Source: Coniocarpon cinnabarinum (taxonomy: Eukaryota). From it: 64,000 bases of DNA. Below the pieces are notes generated by a model. That model was not told the DNA's origin. It did not search any database and saw only the letters and a list, made by a program, of their open reading frames with translations. Positions 22,490-34,616 of this stretch are shown here, in pieces. The position numbers and the translations under genes were made by a program. Numbering within the stretch: the first letter of the stretch is position 1; every line of letters starts with the position of its first letter. Location of the stretch: assembly GCA_051942205.1 (NCBI GenBank), contig JAVECO010000101.1, forward strand, positions 1-64,000, given 5' to 3'.

Positions 22490-23029
22490 TCAATTGCTTC
22501 GAACTTTGTCGCGTGCTGTGTAGAAACGCACCAGGCTCTCTGAGCCCACCAGGTCACCCTCTCTCATCAGTCCCGCGATATCAACATTCAGCGGGCTATC
22601 AGGCTCGGCACTTGTCAGCAGCTGGTGTACGGAAGTCAAAGTCTTGTCTATGGTATAGGCAGGAGACCATTGCGTTTTCAGCAAGTCGAGACAGATCTCG
22701 CCGGTCTTGAAGTGGACGTTTGGATGGCATATGAGGGTCTGAAAGCGAATTGTAGGGGCAGCGAGAGGGTACGTTGTTGGTATTAAGATGGTCAGATTCC
22801 AGAGACCTCCTTGGGCTGCTATTAGCTTTTAATCGACAAGAAAGACCGGTTAAGCCGGAAACATACCCTCGTAAGCAGTGCCAGCAACGCCCTTCATGGT
22901 GGCTCGCCATTCAAAGAGATTATCATCGTTGACCGGGCCAAGGAATTGAAGTGCTGGGTTCGGTTCATCTTGGATTGCTCGAACTTCCTGGAGGAGCCGC
23001 TTTTGGGCCGACTGATTAGTCTTGGCCAT
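22490..23029 (-). CDS. PEX4: Peroxisomal ubiquitin-conjugating enzyme Pex4 (Ubc10), 2 exons, ~160 aa
   Basis: KRLLQE, NLFEWRA..GTAYEGGLW, YPLAAP, CHPNVHFKTGEICLDLLK (catalytic Cys), WSPAY, PDSPLNVDIA..LMREGD; intron 22866 to ~22810. The E2 call is firm, the PEX4 call is from subfamily pattern. Confidence 0.82.
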
Positions 23030-23247
23030 GTATAGTCGCTTTCTCGAGCTGTCTCGATACAAGTTGGTTATCAACAGGTATCAAGAGCAAGCTTCTGCCC
23101 AGATAGATCGCAGCAGGGGTGAAGTCGGATTCAAAACAGACCCGACCTTGGCGCCTTCACCTAGACTACCTAAACTTGGCCCAAGCTTCTCAATGCCAAT
23201 CCCAGCTTACGAACTCTAGCTGCACATCGTACGTCCGCGTGCTCGAC

Positions 23248-24030
23248 ATGACACACTCCTTTACGCCTCCACAATTAACGCTCGCTCCCTTGCCTTATCC
23301 CCAAGCGCAAGGCTCCGCGCAAGTCGCTCACGCTGGATATACGGTCCTTGCATCCGCCAATGGCCCTGTCGAGGCTGTCAATCGTTCTCAACAGCAGCCA
23401 GAAGAAACTACTCTTGAGGTCAATGTGCGCGAAAATGCGGGCGTCGGCGGTCCTCGAGAACGCAATATGGAGCGCTTGATAGGGAGAACACTCAAGCCGC
23501 TTGTAGACATCCGAGCGCATCCACGGACGGTGGTACAGGTTACTTTACAACTGCTGAGGACTCCCAGGGACGCCGAGACTTCCACACCAATCGGTCAGGC
23601 TGAGAGTGTTGTTGATGTCCTTCCCATTCTCATCAATGCGTCCGTCGCGGCTTTGCTCAACGCCAACATCTTGATGACAGGAGTTGCTGTCGCGATTGGC
23701 GTAGCAACCTTGCCTACAGTTGACGAAGATGGAGACGACGGAATGAGTGATGCGGTTGTGCGGCTAACAGACAGTGCAGACTCCCTGCGAATGAAAGAAG
23801 CAGGTGCAGCAATGCACGCCTTCGCTTTTACGGGAAAGGGAGAATTACTTCTAGCAAACAGTGAAGGAGAGAGTGACCTAGATACGTGGATGAAAGCAGC
23901 TAAAATTGCAAGAGAAGTCTGTTGCGGTGGCCCGAAGAATGATGGAGGCATGGTTGAATGGCTGAGAGGACAAATTCGCAATGACCTCATCAAGAGACGG
24001 CGATGGCAAGGGACCAGTGAAGGGGACTAA
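23248..24030 (+). CDS. RRP46: Exosome core subunit Rrp46 (RNase PH-like)
   Basis: GSA...TVLASANGPVE, LEVNVR..GVGGPRER, HPRTVVQVTLQ, LINASVAALL, LLLANSEG. Confidence 0.85.
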   Translation: MTHSFTPPQLTLAPLPYPQAQGSAQVAHAGYTVLASANGPVEAVNRSQQQPEETTLEVNVRENAGVGGPRERNMERLIGRTLKPLVDIRAHPRTVVQVTLQLLRTPRDAETSTPIGQAESVVDVLPILINASVAALLNANILMTGVAVAIGVATLPTVDEDGDDGMSDAVVRLTDSADSLRMKEAGAAMHAFAFTGKGELLLANSEGESDLDTWMKAAKIAREVCCGGPKNDGGMVEWLRGQIRNDLIKRRRWQGTSEGD

Positions 24031-24244
24031 ACGAATCCTTCACGTAAAAATATCCACTAATGCGGTGGACAAGCAGCAAATTAGCTTTCCGAGGCAGCAG
24101 ATCTTGTCTCATAATCAGAATTATAATGTTTATCAAGCCGCGTCAAAGCTACTTGGACAAAGTCTGCAGTATTGGAAGCCAGGCTACGACATGGCTCTGT
24201 TAAGCCGCAGCTTGCGCGAGGTAGTCGTTTCAAACATTCAAAGG

Positions 24245-26132
24245 TCATAACGTCTGCTGTCGTACCGGTTGTCTGACTCCCAGGACCGTCCGCATGGCCT
24301 GAGGACCTTCAACACCACTTGCACTGCTGGCCGCGTCTCCTTCATAGCCAGAGTCCCGACTATCAATGGGATCATCCTCATCCGAAATGTCAATGTCATA
24401 TTCTACAGGTTCCTCTTCAGCCTCTTCGCCGTCCACTACATCTTCGATAGCAATGTCTTCCATCATTGGCACAAGCGAACCGGCTCGGCCAGCAATGGCA
24501 GAAGATCCGCTCATTGACGGACGTGCTGAAGGGCCGAGCGTGAAGCTCTTGTCTCCCCATGCTTTCTGTGCTTGGCGGGTATTCCAGCGCAGAGTACGGC
24601 TCACACTGTCAATCCACTCCATTTGACCTCCCATCACAGTCGGAAAGGGATATTTGCTAGCCGTAATGTTTACGAAATCGCCTTGTCGAAGCTCAATGCG
24701 GCCTTTGCCATCGAAGCTGCAATATGCACCACCTCGGCTGTTGCGCGGCACAGCGATGCGCAAGGCCATGGTGTCATTCAAAAGCATTGGTCGAAAGCTT
24801 AGAGTATGAGGACATATTGGCGTGAGGAGTATGGCTGGTATGTCCGGATGGACAAGCGAGCCCCCTGCTGACAACGAATACGCTGTGCTGCCGGTGGGAG
24901 TGCTGAATATGACACCATCGGCCTGAATGACGGTCAACAAACTGTCGTCCCCAAAAAGCTCCAGGTTGGATACGTATGGGGACGGTCCCCGGTCAATGAC
25001 GAGCTCGTTTAGGACCTCAAATTGGGAGAACTCCTCTGCAGGCCCCTGGACAAGCTTCCCCTGTGGACTGCGTGGGGAGCGAAAAACTGTGCAAGTGAAG
25101 CGCATGCGGAAATTAACTCGCATACCTGCGTCAGAAACCACGTCCGCAGGCATAACAGGAGTCATTGCCTTTGGCGCTGGACTCGAAGTTAGCGATGTAC
25201 CATTGCTGCTACCCATGGTACGGTTTAGAACTTCTTGGTAATCGTCATACTGATACGGAGTGAGGAAGCCTAGGGATCCAAGAGAGAAGGACAGCACCGG
25301 CGGAACGACTCTCTGGAAAAGCCACGAAGTGTAGAGCACAGTGCCATCGCCGCCGAGTGTCAAGACAAGGTCGAAACGTTCTGGCACGCTCCAACATAAA
25401 TCCGGCGTCCAGTATCTCAACAGCCTATCAAAGTTCTGGTCTTCTGCGATAAGTCCATCCGCGTCAAAGCGCTTGGATTTGCGGAGCTTGCTGTCCACAA
25501 ATACAGTTACGCCTTGACTCGAGCCATAGCGAGGTGTTCCCATCAGCCATCTTGCGAGTTCACGAGTCAATAAAACCAAATTATTGTCGCGAGCTTTTGT
25601 GACGATGAGAACTGTGCGCGAAGCTCTTCTGATGGGACGATTCTGCAGCTTTTTGGACACTTCTCTGAGACCGCACTCGTCAGTCAGATGCCTTTCATAG
25701 TGCGGTGCAAGTGACAGATTGCTGTTTGAACTCCGCGTAGATCACTTTGTGTGTTTGCAGAGTCGATCAAACAGGGGATTGCATGCTGCCGCTGTCCACA
25801 CACCTGATACCCGTCGCAGTCTGCACCATCCTGGAATGCGAAATCGACTCGTCGGCGATTTCATCCAGGACCTTGCCAATGTCCAAGGTGTCGCCAAATC
25901 GCCGATGGAAATAACAGGGCGTGTTCAGGGCTGCGATCTTGTCACTGGTGGCGGTTTCGCAATTTGACCTCGTCGCTTTGAGGGCATTGACGGGCTCTGG
26001 ACAAGACGCGCGCTGTGACCGCAAGTTGCCCTCGCTTTTGGCAGTGGTGAGCTCTGCGGAGATGGAGGACCGGCTGCTGGAAGAGTCGGAGGGATTGGGC
26101 CGTGGCAGCGCAGCAGCAGGAGGCTGGGCCAT
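24245..26132 (-). CDS. ATP-NAD kinase (Utr1/Yef1-like), 2 exons (26132-25804, 25664-24245); start uncertain
   Basis: LGGDGTVL, SLGSLGFLT, VLNELVIDRGPS, QADGVIFSTPTGSTAYSLSAGG, TPICPHTLSFRP; 139-nt intron 25665-25803. Confidence 0.92.
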
Positions 26133-27487
26133 GACAGCAGCCGGCGCTGCCAATGCAGCTCAGAAATGATGGAGGTGTCACTCTCAGGCAGGCGACCTAC
26201 ATTGTCGAGAATGCAGGTCACCATCGCAGGCGCAGGTTGCAGGTAGGCAGATAGAGAACTTTTGCACGCCGCCAATGACGCTAAGAGATGGGCTGATCGG
26301 ATTCCGAACGCCGGGCGTTGTCCTTATCGCCGCGCCGCTAGGGGCCAGGCGCCCTACAAGGTTGTGAGACGGCCCCGCTACGCTAATGCCAGGGGCCGTC
26401 GCCCGCCCGGACGATCACGTGGCTCCAGGGAGGCATCATAAGGCCACCTCACCTTCGCTTTTCAAGCCGCATGCAGCCCGCGTGGACCTGTGCGGCGCTG
26501 TTTCGACTCGCCTACTGCTTTGAGGAGTGGCAGGTCTCTTCGCGTACGGCATGTCCACCACTTGTTCTCTTGCACCGGCGCCCCCAGACACGCGCGGACG
26601 GGTCCCTCCGGTTCCTCGTAGGCGTGCAATTGCGGCAACGCCTCGTAACATTCAGAGTCCTACGTTAATGTTTGAACACAAGAGCAATGCCGCAAGCGGC
26701 TCTGCGAAGCTACGCAGTTGCAAAATGAACACCTTTCTTCAGTATTTACACCCTTCAACGCGTGAATGTTCGTAGACACGTCATTCAAAGCCTATGGCAA
26801 GACCGCATGACCTTTTCACGTTCCCGTTGCGCGGAGCTGCTCGGGCCACACTTGGCTCGCCGCATTGGCTCGATCAGTCTCATTGGTCTGACCTTCAAGC
26901 GCGGCGACCCACAGTCAGCGTGAGTGTGAGACGCTGCTGCTTTTGGCCGCTCCCGCTGAACCACTTCTGAGCTTACGCCGAAGTCTTCAGTCGCGCCTGT
27001 CAGCATCAGCCGTGGAGCCCCAGGCTCCATTGCTATCATGCGCTCCATCACGCAGCAACGCCTCGTCTCTCAAAAGCTGCGGCAGTGAAACATAACAAGT
27101 CTTGTGGGTGCCTGTCCCACCACATGCTGCACGTAGGCCTTGCTCGCAAAAGTTCTAGAGCATGGGGTCCGTTTGGTGAAGTCATCGCCGCAGACATTAC
27201 TCAGTCGTCGAGCTTTCGAAACAAGATGACCAGTTGTTGCATTCGAAGGCGGGTCGGTCGGGCGAAACTTCTACAGGGCGAAACCAGGAGATGTTTACGC
27301 TGGTATAAGTGTTGCGGGTCTGCGCTGAATTTTGGGCCGTCTCTTCTCTGGCCGCAGCAGCTCTTTCTACTTCTCTCTTTTAGCCCAGCTTTCATTCATT
27401 CGTTCTCTTGACGAGACACGGCTTCTAGGCCAAAGTCGTTCCTTTCAAACTTGTGAATTATTTGTCAACACTCTCTTTTGATCTTTC

Positions 27488-28658
27488 ATGACTATGGCAA
27501 AGCTCTCAGGTAGAAGCGTGCTGCCTCTCGTTCTTGTGTTTCTCACATCAGTCATTCGCTCAGCCTCTGGGCACCCGCATGCGCACCCTCAGAATGTTCG
27601 CCAGCATACACACCATTTCACAGGCACTCCAAACGGTAATCTAAATGGAAATCCAAGTGTCAACCCGGGGAATCCAATCTACAATCCATCGGGCGTCGTA
27701 AACGCAGGCGCCACCATAACCGGCGCCACCATGACCGGTGCCACAGCCGGTACTACAGCCGGCACAACAGTGATGGAAAATGCCAATCCCGCAGCGTCCT
27801 CGAGTAGTTCCAGCTCTTCGACTAGCTCTAGTACCAGCAGTGCTGGTGGAACATCTCCAAGTGGAACAGGTGGAGCTAATTCGGGAAGTTGCTCGAGTGG
27901 CCAGTTTCCCGTTACCATCAATACCGGAGATGGCACCACCTGGTACTGGTCCAAAGATTGGGATATGAGCGGCCAAGAGGCCACTGATGTTCTTTGCATG
28001 GAATACAATCACAGCGGGAGGTTCCAGTTTAGTGCGGTAAACAAATTCAATGGCGTAAGTCAGATGCAGCTTGGTGCAGAGTAGCTCAGGGTCACTCATT
28101 GCAAGCAGAATGGCACTTTACTCGAGTATAACCTCGCAAGCAGTGGCGACGCAATGACTACTTCTATCGACATTTCTACAGTCACCGGTTATTCGGTGTC
28201 ACTTCAATGCACCACCGACGCTGATGCTGCGCAAACCACGATCGGCGGTAAGACGAATCTATGGTCGCAAGGCGATTGCCCCAACAAAGACCAAGTCAAT
28301 GCTTACGGCGTCTGCACCAACGACCTTGTGAGTTGAACTTGATGGCCTCAGACCGTGTAAGGTTCTAAGCTAGAAGACCATGCTGTTGACCAGACTCTCG
28401 TAGGGAGGTTTTACTAGTATCACGGCAACCACGCAGGTGGACAAGTTTTTCCAGGTGGATGACTACTGCAACTTCTGGAATTGCGGCGATGGCGCAACGC
28501 CGGGCACAACCTCAGGCCCGCAAGCCGATCCTTACCTAGCTTTCGACTCTACTAAATACAAACTTACCTGTGAGGTCAATGCTGGGGTACCGGCGGGTGG
28601 AGCTTCAGATTCCTCCCAAGGCGACTCGACCTCACAGCAATCGCAACCGCAATCATAA
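27488..28658 (+). CDS. Secreted Ser/Thr/Gly-rich protein with a divergent thaumatin/osmotin-like Cys-containing domain, 3 exons (27488-28054, 28109-28327, 28404-28658), ~346 aa
   Basis: Signal peptide, His-rich segment, low-complexity linker, then NGTLLEYN...IDISTVTGYSVSLQC...NLW..CP..VCTN..FF. Two canonical phase-0 introns. Confidence 0.7.
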
Positions 28659-29353
28659 TGGAATTCGACTCTAAAACGTCGGCGATTAACAGGTCTGGAC
28701 ACAGAAACGGCAGCACAGTCGCCCATTTCAATTTCTCTTCTCTGGCAGGCCACGACCTGCAATGGTTTGGACACAAGTGTGGTCATCTTTTTCCAAGCAG
28801 GCCTATCTTACGCGTACCAGTTGGTTTTGACGAATGTTTATAGCGCATGTAGATTTGCTTGACAAGCTTAAGACAGCCGTTGAGGGTTTTTTAATGCTGA
28901 TGTGCTCTTCATGATGCATGGTCAAACTAAGAGCTTCGTCATAGTTAGCGATTGCTTAGATTCATAGGTGATGACAACGCGCGTGAGCGGTTTTTCTCGG
29001 AGCGTTACTACCTTGAAATCCAGGCTCCAAGATGACGTTGGGATCGTCCGCGTGGCTTCGCAAAGTCCGAGCTGCTGCAGGTGAGCAGAAGAGGCCGATT
29101 TTGTCTGCGCATTCATGATTCGTCGGCGTTCTTGAGTTGTTTTCGTCTTGCCAGAGTATTCTAGGTGGTCTGGCGTCCATTAATGTGTACATCTTAGAAC
29201 AGACTTTCAAGCCTTGCGGACTGCCGTGCATCTATGCGCAGCGAAGACTTTGCCGTGCAAGCCGGCCACTCACAGCTCCCTCGACGCAAGTACGAAGGCA
29301 GTGTTCAGGCAACTGCTCACGATTGTGGCCACATGCTTTCATCCTGAGCGAAC

Positions 29354-32068
29354 ATGAATGGCACACAAGATAGCACCCGCACTGGATCACCGAGAGTCGC
29401 TTCCGGGATTTGGGCGCGTGCAAAGACCTCCTCAAAAGCGGGTTTCGACAAGCTCTGGGCAACTGCCGACAAGCTTGGAGATCCCGTCAACAAGTTGTCA
29501 AACAAGATTGGCTCCGAGGCGTTCTGGCCGACAACCATCGACAAGGAATCCGAAAAGGCAGCGCGGATTCTGAAAAGCTTTTGCAAAGATGGCTTCTATC
29601 AGGAAGAGACCACAAAGCCTGCAAGCGGTCCACAGCAGAAACAGCGCGTCCTCAAGCGTATTCCGGCAAGTGTCATCCAGAATTGCACAGGTCTAGCTAT
29701 CTTCACGACGATGCGCACTGGTCTCTGGGTCAGCGGTGCAGGTGGCAGTGGTATTCTAGTTGGGAAAAAGGACGATGGCACATGGAGTCAGCCTTGTGGA
29801 ATCATGCTTCACACCGCGGGGCTTGGCTTTCTTGTCGGTGTGGATATTTACGATTGTGTGCTGGTTCTCAACACCCCAGAAGCACTCGCGGCTTTCTCAA
29901 GATGGCGTGCTACGGTTGGAGGTGAAATCAGCGCCGTTGCTGGGCCTGCAGGCATCGGTGGCGTCTTGGATTCAGAGGTACACCGGCGTCAAGCACCCAT
30001 CTTTACATATCTGAAGAGTCGAGGTTTCTACGCCGGCGTTCAGATTGACGGTACCGTCATTATTGAACGTACCGACGAGAACGAGCGATTCTACGGTGAG
30101 AAGGTATCAGCCAAAGACATCCTCGCGGGCCGAGTGCAGTCCAGAGAGCCAGAGCTGCGGACACTTATGGCTACGCTCAAATCTGCAGAAGGCGACGCGA
30201 AAGTGGATCGTGCTCTACTGCCAGATGGACCACCGCCGGCCGACATGCAAGTCGTGGCTGATGGTACATCATTTGGTATTCCTGACCGGGAAGATCCTGA
30301 TCCATATGGCGTGCATGCACTTGAGAAAGAGGGGTTTGTCATCAAGGAAGCTGGTAGTCACACACCCGCCAGCGTCGAGCAATTTGATTTCAACCCAAGT
30401 ATCACTAGTCCTGTCTACGACACATTTAGGCGAAGCAATGACACCAACAGCAGAAGAGGTAGTTGGAGGAGCAGTGTAATGAGCAGCAGCACAATGGCGG
30501 AAAGAGAACGAGAAAAGCCGCGCTACGTCACATCGGATTCTGCCACCCAGACAGACCTTCCACTAGAGTCATCTCCAGACCTCAAGTCTGGCAAAGACAC
30601 GCAACGAGACAGTAATGAGACTCTACAAACACAGGCTTTCAAGTCGCCAGCAGCCCAAGGTCTTGGTATAGAAGTCGTCCCAGAAGAGACCTCGGAAACA
30701 ACAGAACCGGGAAAGCTCGAGCAACCGACGCCCACTGCAAGCTCATTCGAACACACTGAACCCACAACAGCTGGTCAAGATGCGAAAGCAGAATCCAAAA
30801 CATCAGCGGCTGTCGAGAAAGAAGCCAAAGAGACGCCCGATCCAAAGTCCGGCTCAGGCTCTGATGAGGAGGATGAGGAGCCCGAAATCCACGAGGCGCC
30901 GGTCGTGCATCAGGTCACACAAGCTGCTCGCCCGCAGGTTGTAAGCAGGGCTCAAGTAGCGACGGTCGCTGTGCCCAAACGAGGCCCGCCTCCCATGCTC
31001 CCTCCTCGTCACCCAGCGCGTCAACGGTCCTTCGGTGCGAAAAGCCCTGTCGATGGATCTGCTCAGACATCCGACAATGAGAATGCTGACAGCGCAAGTA
31101 TCGCCAGCTTTCGAAGCATAGGGAAACCAACGTCGATTCGTTCGGATCGCAAGGGATCAGTGCAAGAAGCTTTCGCGTCCACTTCTACCTCTGCTGTCCA
31201 AAGCCCTGCACAAACACCTGCCGAAGAGAAGTCAAACCCAATACCAGAGCAAATCGACACCACAGCTGGTCAGAGCGAGACGTCTCAGGCAGCTACACCC
31301 GTCCGCTTATTCAAAGCCACTTCGTTAAGCCCTGAGCGAACCACCACCAGCGCACGGAGTACACCCAAAGAACTCTCTCCGCCTGCCCGCCCACGTGTCA
31401 GTCCCGCGGCCACGGCTCGTCAAAACTCCAATAGCTCCGTATCGGCCCTGAAGTTCCGCTTCGAGCAGAGACCACCACCCATCAATACAAGCCAAGTTGG
31501 TAGCCGCCCATCCTCCTCGAACTCAAACTCTCACCCTAATCGCAGCGTCTCGCCTGTCAAGCAACTGTCTAAATACACCACCTCGGCCGAAGAACGCAAA
31601 GGCGGACGACTTAGTCCTGGAGTAGAACTGCACCCGGCGTCGGCACATGGCAATAAGATTGAACCTGTGGATGCTGCACCCGGCGCGTTCCCATCGGACT
31701 CATTCGATGGCGCGTCTGATACCCGGCCACAGATCGAAGTGCCGCAACTGAACGGTGTCCATCATGAGGAGGCTGTGTCAGATGCGCCAGACGAGCCTGC
31801 GCAAAGCCTAAGAACAGGCCGTTCGCCGTTGCGCCATCGACCAGATTCAGGCACCAACATCACAGGCACAGACCCCGAACCCACCACGATCAAAGTCGAA
31901 AAGGAACCCAGTCCGCCGCCGTCGCCGCGGAAAGGGCCAAGTCTAGCAGGCATGCGAGCGAGTCTGCATCCGATGCGCGACGACGAGAGCGATGGCGGGA
32001 GTCGCAGCCGGAGTATTAGTCCTGTGAAGAGCCCCATCAAAGTGGACATTCAAGACGACTTTTCATAG
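29354..32068 (+). CDS. SYLF/Ysc84 (DUF500) domain protein with long disordered C-terminus
   Basis: ESEKAARILKSF, IPASVIQNCTGLAIFT, SGAGGSGILV..DGTWSQP, FTYLKSRGFYAGVQIDGTVIIERTDENERFYG. Confidence 0.88.
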   Translation: MNGTQDSTRTGSPRVASGIWARAKTSSKAGFDKLWATADKLGDPVNKLSNKIGSEAFWPTTIDKESEKAARILKSFCKDGFYQEETTKPASGPQQKQRVLKRIPASVIQNCTGLAIFTTMRTGLWVSGAGGSGILVGKKDDGTWSQPCGIMLHTAGLGFLVGVDIYDCVLVLNTPEALAAFSRWRATVGGEISAVAGPAGIGGVLDSEVHRRQAPIFTYLKSRGFYAGVQIDGTVIIERTDENERFYGEKVSAKDILAGRVQSREPELRTLMATLKSAEGDAKVDRALLPDGPPPADMQVVADGTSFGIPDREDPDPYGVHALEKEGFVIKEAGSHTPASVEQFDFNPSITSPVYDTFRRSNDTNSRRGSWRSSVMSSSTMAEREREKPRYVTSDSATQTDLPLESSPDLKSGKDTQRDSNETLQTQAFKSPAAQGLGIEVVPEETSETTEPGKLEQPTPTASSFEHTEPTTAGQDAKAESKTSAAVEKEAKETPDPKSGSGSDEEDEEPEIHEAPVVHQVTQAARPQVVSRAQVATVAVPKRGPPPMLPPRHPARQRSFGAKSPVDGSAQTSDNENADSASIASFRSIGKPTSIRSDRKGSVQEAFASTSTSAVQSPAQTPAEEKSNPIPEQIDTTAGQSETSQAATPVRLFKATSLSPERTTTSARSTPKELSPPARPRVSPAATARQNSNSSVSALKFRFEQRPPPINTSQVGSRPSSSNSNSHPNRSVSPVKQLSKYTTSAEERKGGRLSPGVELHPASAHGNKIEPVDAAPGAFPSDSFDGASDTRPQIEVPQLNGVHHEEAVSDAPDEPAQSLRTGRSPLRHRPDSGTNITGTDPEPTTIKVEKEPSPPPSPRKGPSLAGMRASLHPMRDDESDGGSRSRSISPVKSPIKVDIQDDFS

Positions 32069-32686
32069 GTCCAATGAAACGCGGCCTTTTGGTTATCATC
32101 ATAGCGCGGTGAATCAAGGGGAATTTGGAGTCTGTGATTTGAGTCGTGGGATGTGACGACTATTTGGGACGACACGCACGATGTACAAGTAGCATAGAAT
32201 CGACTGGAATTATTGATTGTGTTTGACGGGCGCGTCTTCATTGATTCTGTGAGACTCGAGCGTGGTAAGACGACCCCTGAAGTGGTATCTTTTTCCCCTG
32301 ATGTCGACGTCGGACAAAACTGACCCGCGCCACCGATCCAGACAGGAAGTTGCCCACTGGATTTGTCCAACCGAGGAAACGTCATTAGCCGATCTGGAAA
32401 AATGTGTATTGCGTTCTTGTAATACTTTTTTGTCTGAAGCTCTCGGAGTGGCAATCGCAACCTATTGAGCTCTTCAGAAAACTTTGCGGAGACCAAAGCA
32501 GGCTTGTTGAAAAGCAAACCAAAAGCAAGGTACGCGCAGTGCTTCTTTGCCAATAGTGTGCAATCAGATCTGCGATATTACCGAGCCAAGATGCATATCC
32601 TCTCATCCAGCAGGGGTTCGCATCAGACAACAATTCGCTGACTTATTTCAAAGAGTCTCTGCTAGGAATCGAAGTAGCGGAACAAG

Positions 32687-33891
32687 ATGGCGACTGGACA
32701 TGACTACTCCACCAATGCCCTCTTCAACGTCAAGGGCATGGTCGTCATGCTGACGGGCGGTGGCTCCGGGTGAGTTCTGAATATCCTCGCCCTCCTCAAT
32801 GCACCCAGGCAACCTTAATGGGTTGTCTCTGCACCCAAGACACGACGCACCTCGTCCCTGGCGCTCTCTGACCATCACCAACCAATAGTCTCGGCCAAGC
32901 CATGACCCACGCTTTCGCCTCCAACGGCGCCAAAACCATCTTCATCCTTGGTCGCCGGGAAGACAAGCTCAAAGCCACCGCCGCGCCGTATCCAGACCAG
33001 ATCGTGCCCATTGTCGGCGATGTCACTTCCAAGGACTCGCTCAAGGCGGCTGCGCAACAAGTGAAGGAGCGAGCGGGGTATCTGGATTTGCTCATTGCGA
33101 ATAGTGGTGTTCTTGGTCCGCGAAGCGGGGAGTGGCTTCCTCAGGATCGGAAAGTGGGCTTGGAAGAGTGGTCTCAGATCATGTGGTGAGTTCCTCATTC
33201 TTTCTCCTCCTATTCATTTTCTGCAGAGGCTCGCAAATTTAGCCGCAGGGGTATTCAGTCCAATGACGGCCGGGAGCGAAAACGCTAAAGACTGGTTTTG
33301 CAGGGATGGCATGAGCATGGAGGAGTTCACCGAAATCCAACATGTCAACATCACGGGTGCTTATTACACCACCCTCGCTTTCCTGCCGTTGCTTGGTGCA
33401 GGCAACGAGCGTCGAAGACCGGTTCAGGGCATGGCGGGCCCGCTGCAACAAAAGAGCCAAGTCATCATCACAAGCTCGATTGCTGGCTTCAGTCGGATAC
33501 CCGCCGCTGGTTTCTATTACAGCACCAGTAAAGCAGGCGTGAATCATTTGATCAAGAACCTAGCGACCAAATTGTCAGAATTTGACATCAGAGTCAATGG
33601 AATCGCGCCCGGGTGAGTTTTGATGTTGCTCCCATTTTTTTAAGCTTGTTAAGCATTGACTTCGCTGACAACTGTCCAAGTTTGTTCCCGAGTCAAATGA
33701 ACACGCACGGCTCCGAGATGAAGAAGGAGGGCGACATTCCAAAGTCTGCGGTTCCGATGCAGCGTTTTGGCACCGAAGAAGAGATCACAGGGCCGATTAT
33801 GTTCTTAGCGAGCCCGGCGGGTGGATACCTGACTGGAGAGATCATGGTGTGTGACGGTGGAAGACTTAGCATCTGCCCGTCAGCGTATTAA
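32687..33891 (+). CDS. Classical short-chain dehydrogenase/reductase, 4 exons
   Basis: TGGGSGLG (across intron 1), LIANSG, ITSSIAG, YSTSK catalytic motif, IRVNGIAPGLFPS, DGG. Donors at 32770, 33186 and 33613. Confidence 0.9.
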
Positions 33892-34616
33892 GACGAGACG
33901 CGAAGTGCGGTCTTGAAAGCGGTACTCATCGATAATAAAATTTGTTTTCGTAGATCTAACGCATAGAGAATGGTTCGCAAGATTCGCTCTCAAGCTGAAC
34001 ATGCCTCAGAGAGCACATTCTGGCAGGGCTCTGCCAATGCAAGAGTTTGCACAATCATCAATGGGAGGGGAGATAGAACACAGCTGGGCATGAGGTCGAA
34101 AGACTTGCAAGGCCGTTCACCTGCTTGGAGAGTCCAATCAGTGTGTAACAGGCGTGACTCAGAAGCCGGAATGTGGTGACCATGCAGGAACACGCAGGAG
34201 CGCAGACGCAACTTTAGGGAGAAGCAATACCGCTGTTGCTGTGTTGCTGCAGTGCGAAAGTTTTCTCCTCTTCACTATGCGTACAGTTAGCTAGACATCT
34301 TTCTATTATGAATTACGGGTCTTTTATAGTAAGATTTTTTGTGTCAGCTATGTTGAGAAGATTGGTTGTTGCTGGTTGTTCTAATCAATGCCCTGCAGCA
34401 GCTCACTGGTGATAAGCCGTGAGCCAGCACCAGTTGATGTGCTCAGATGGCCCCAGCATGGTCATCAGAACTCGGAGAAGAAAGCAAAGGACCTCGACTT
34501 ACTGCATTCGAAGAGCCCATCACACTCGTCCGGTCGCCGTGAAAGGAGCTATGACTTTGGACTTTTACGCGACGCAACGAGTCTTGTGGCAAAGTAGGAG
34601 CTTCTTGACTGGCCGC

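Noticed and set aside
23119..23247. In-frame GTG-initiated extension of RRP46 (likewise 14525-14611 for the HAD gene)
   Set aside because: Falls in a short promoter/leader region; family similarity begins at the ATG and nothing supports non-AUG initiation.
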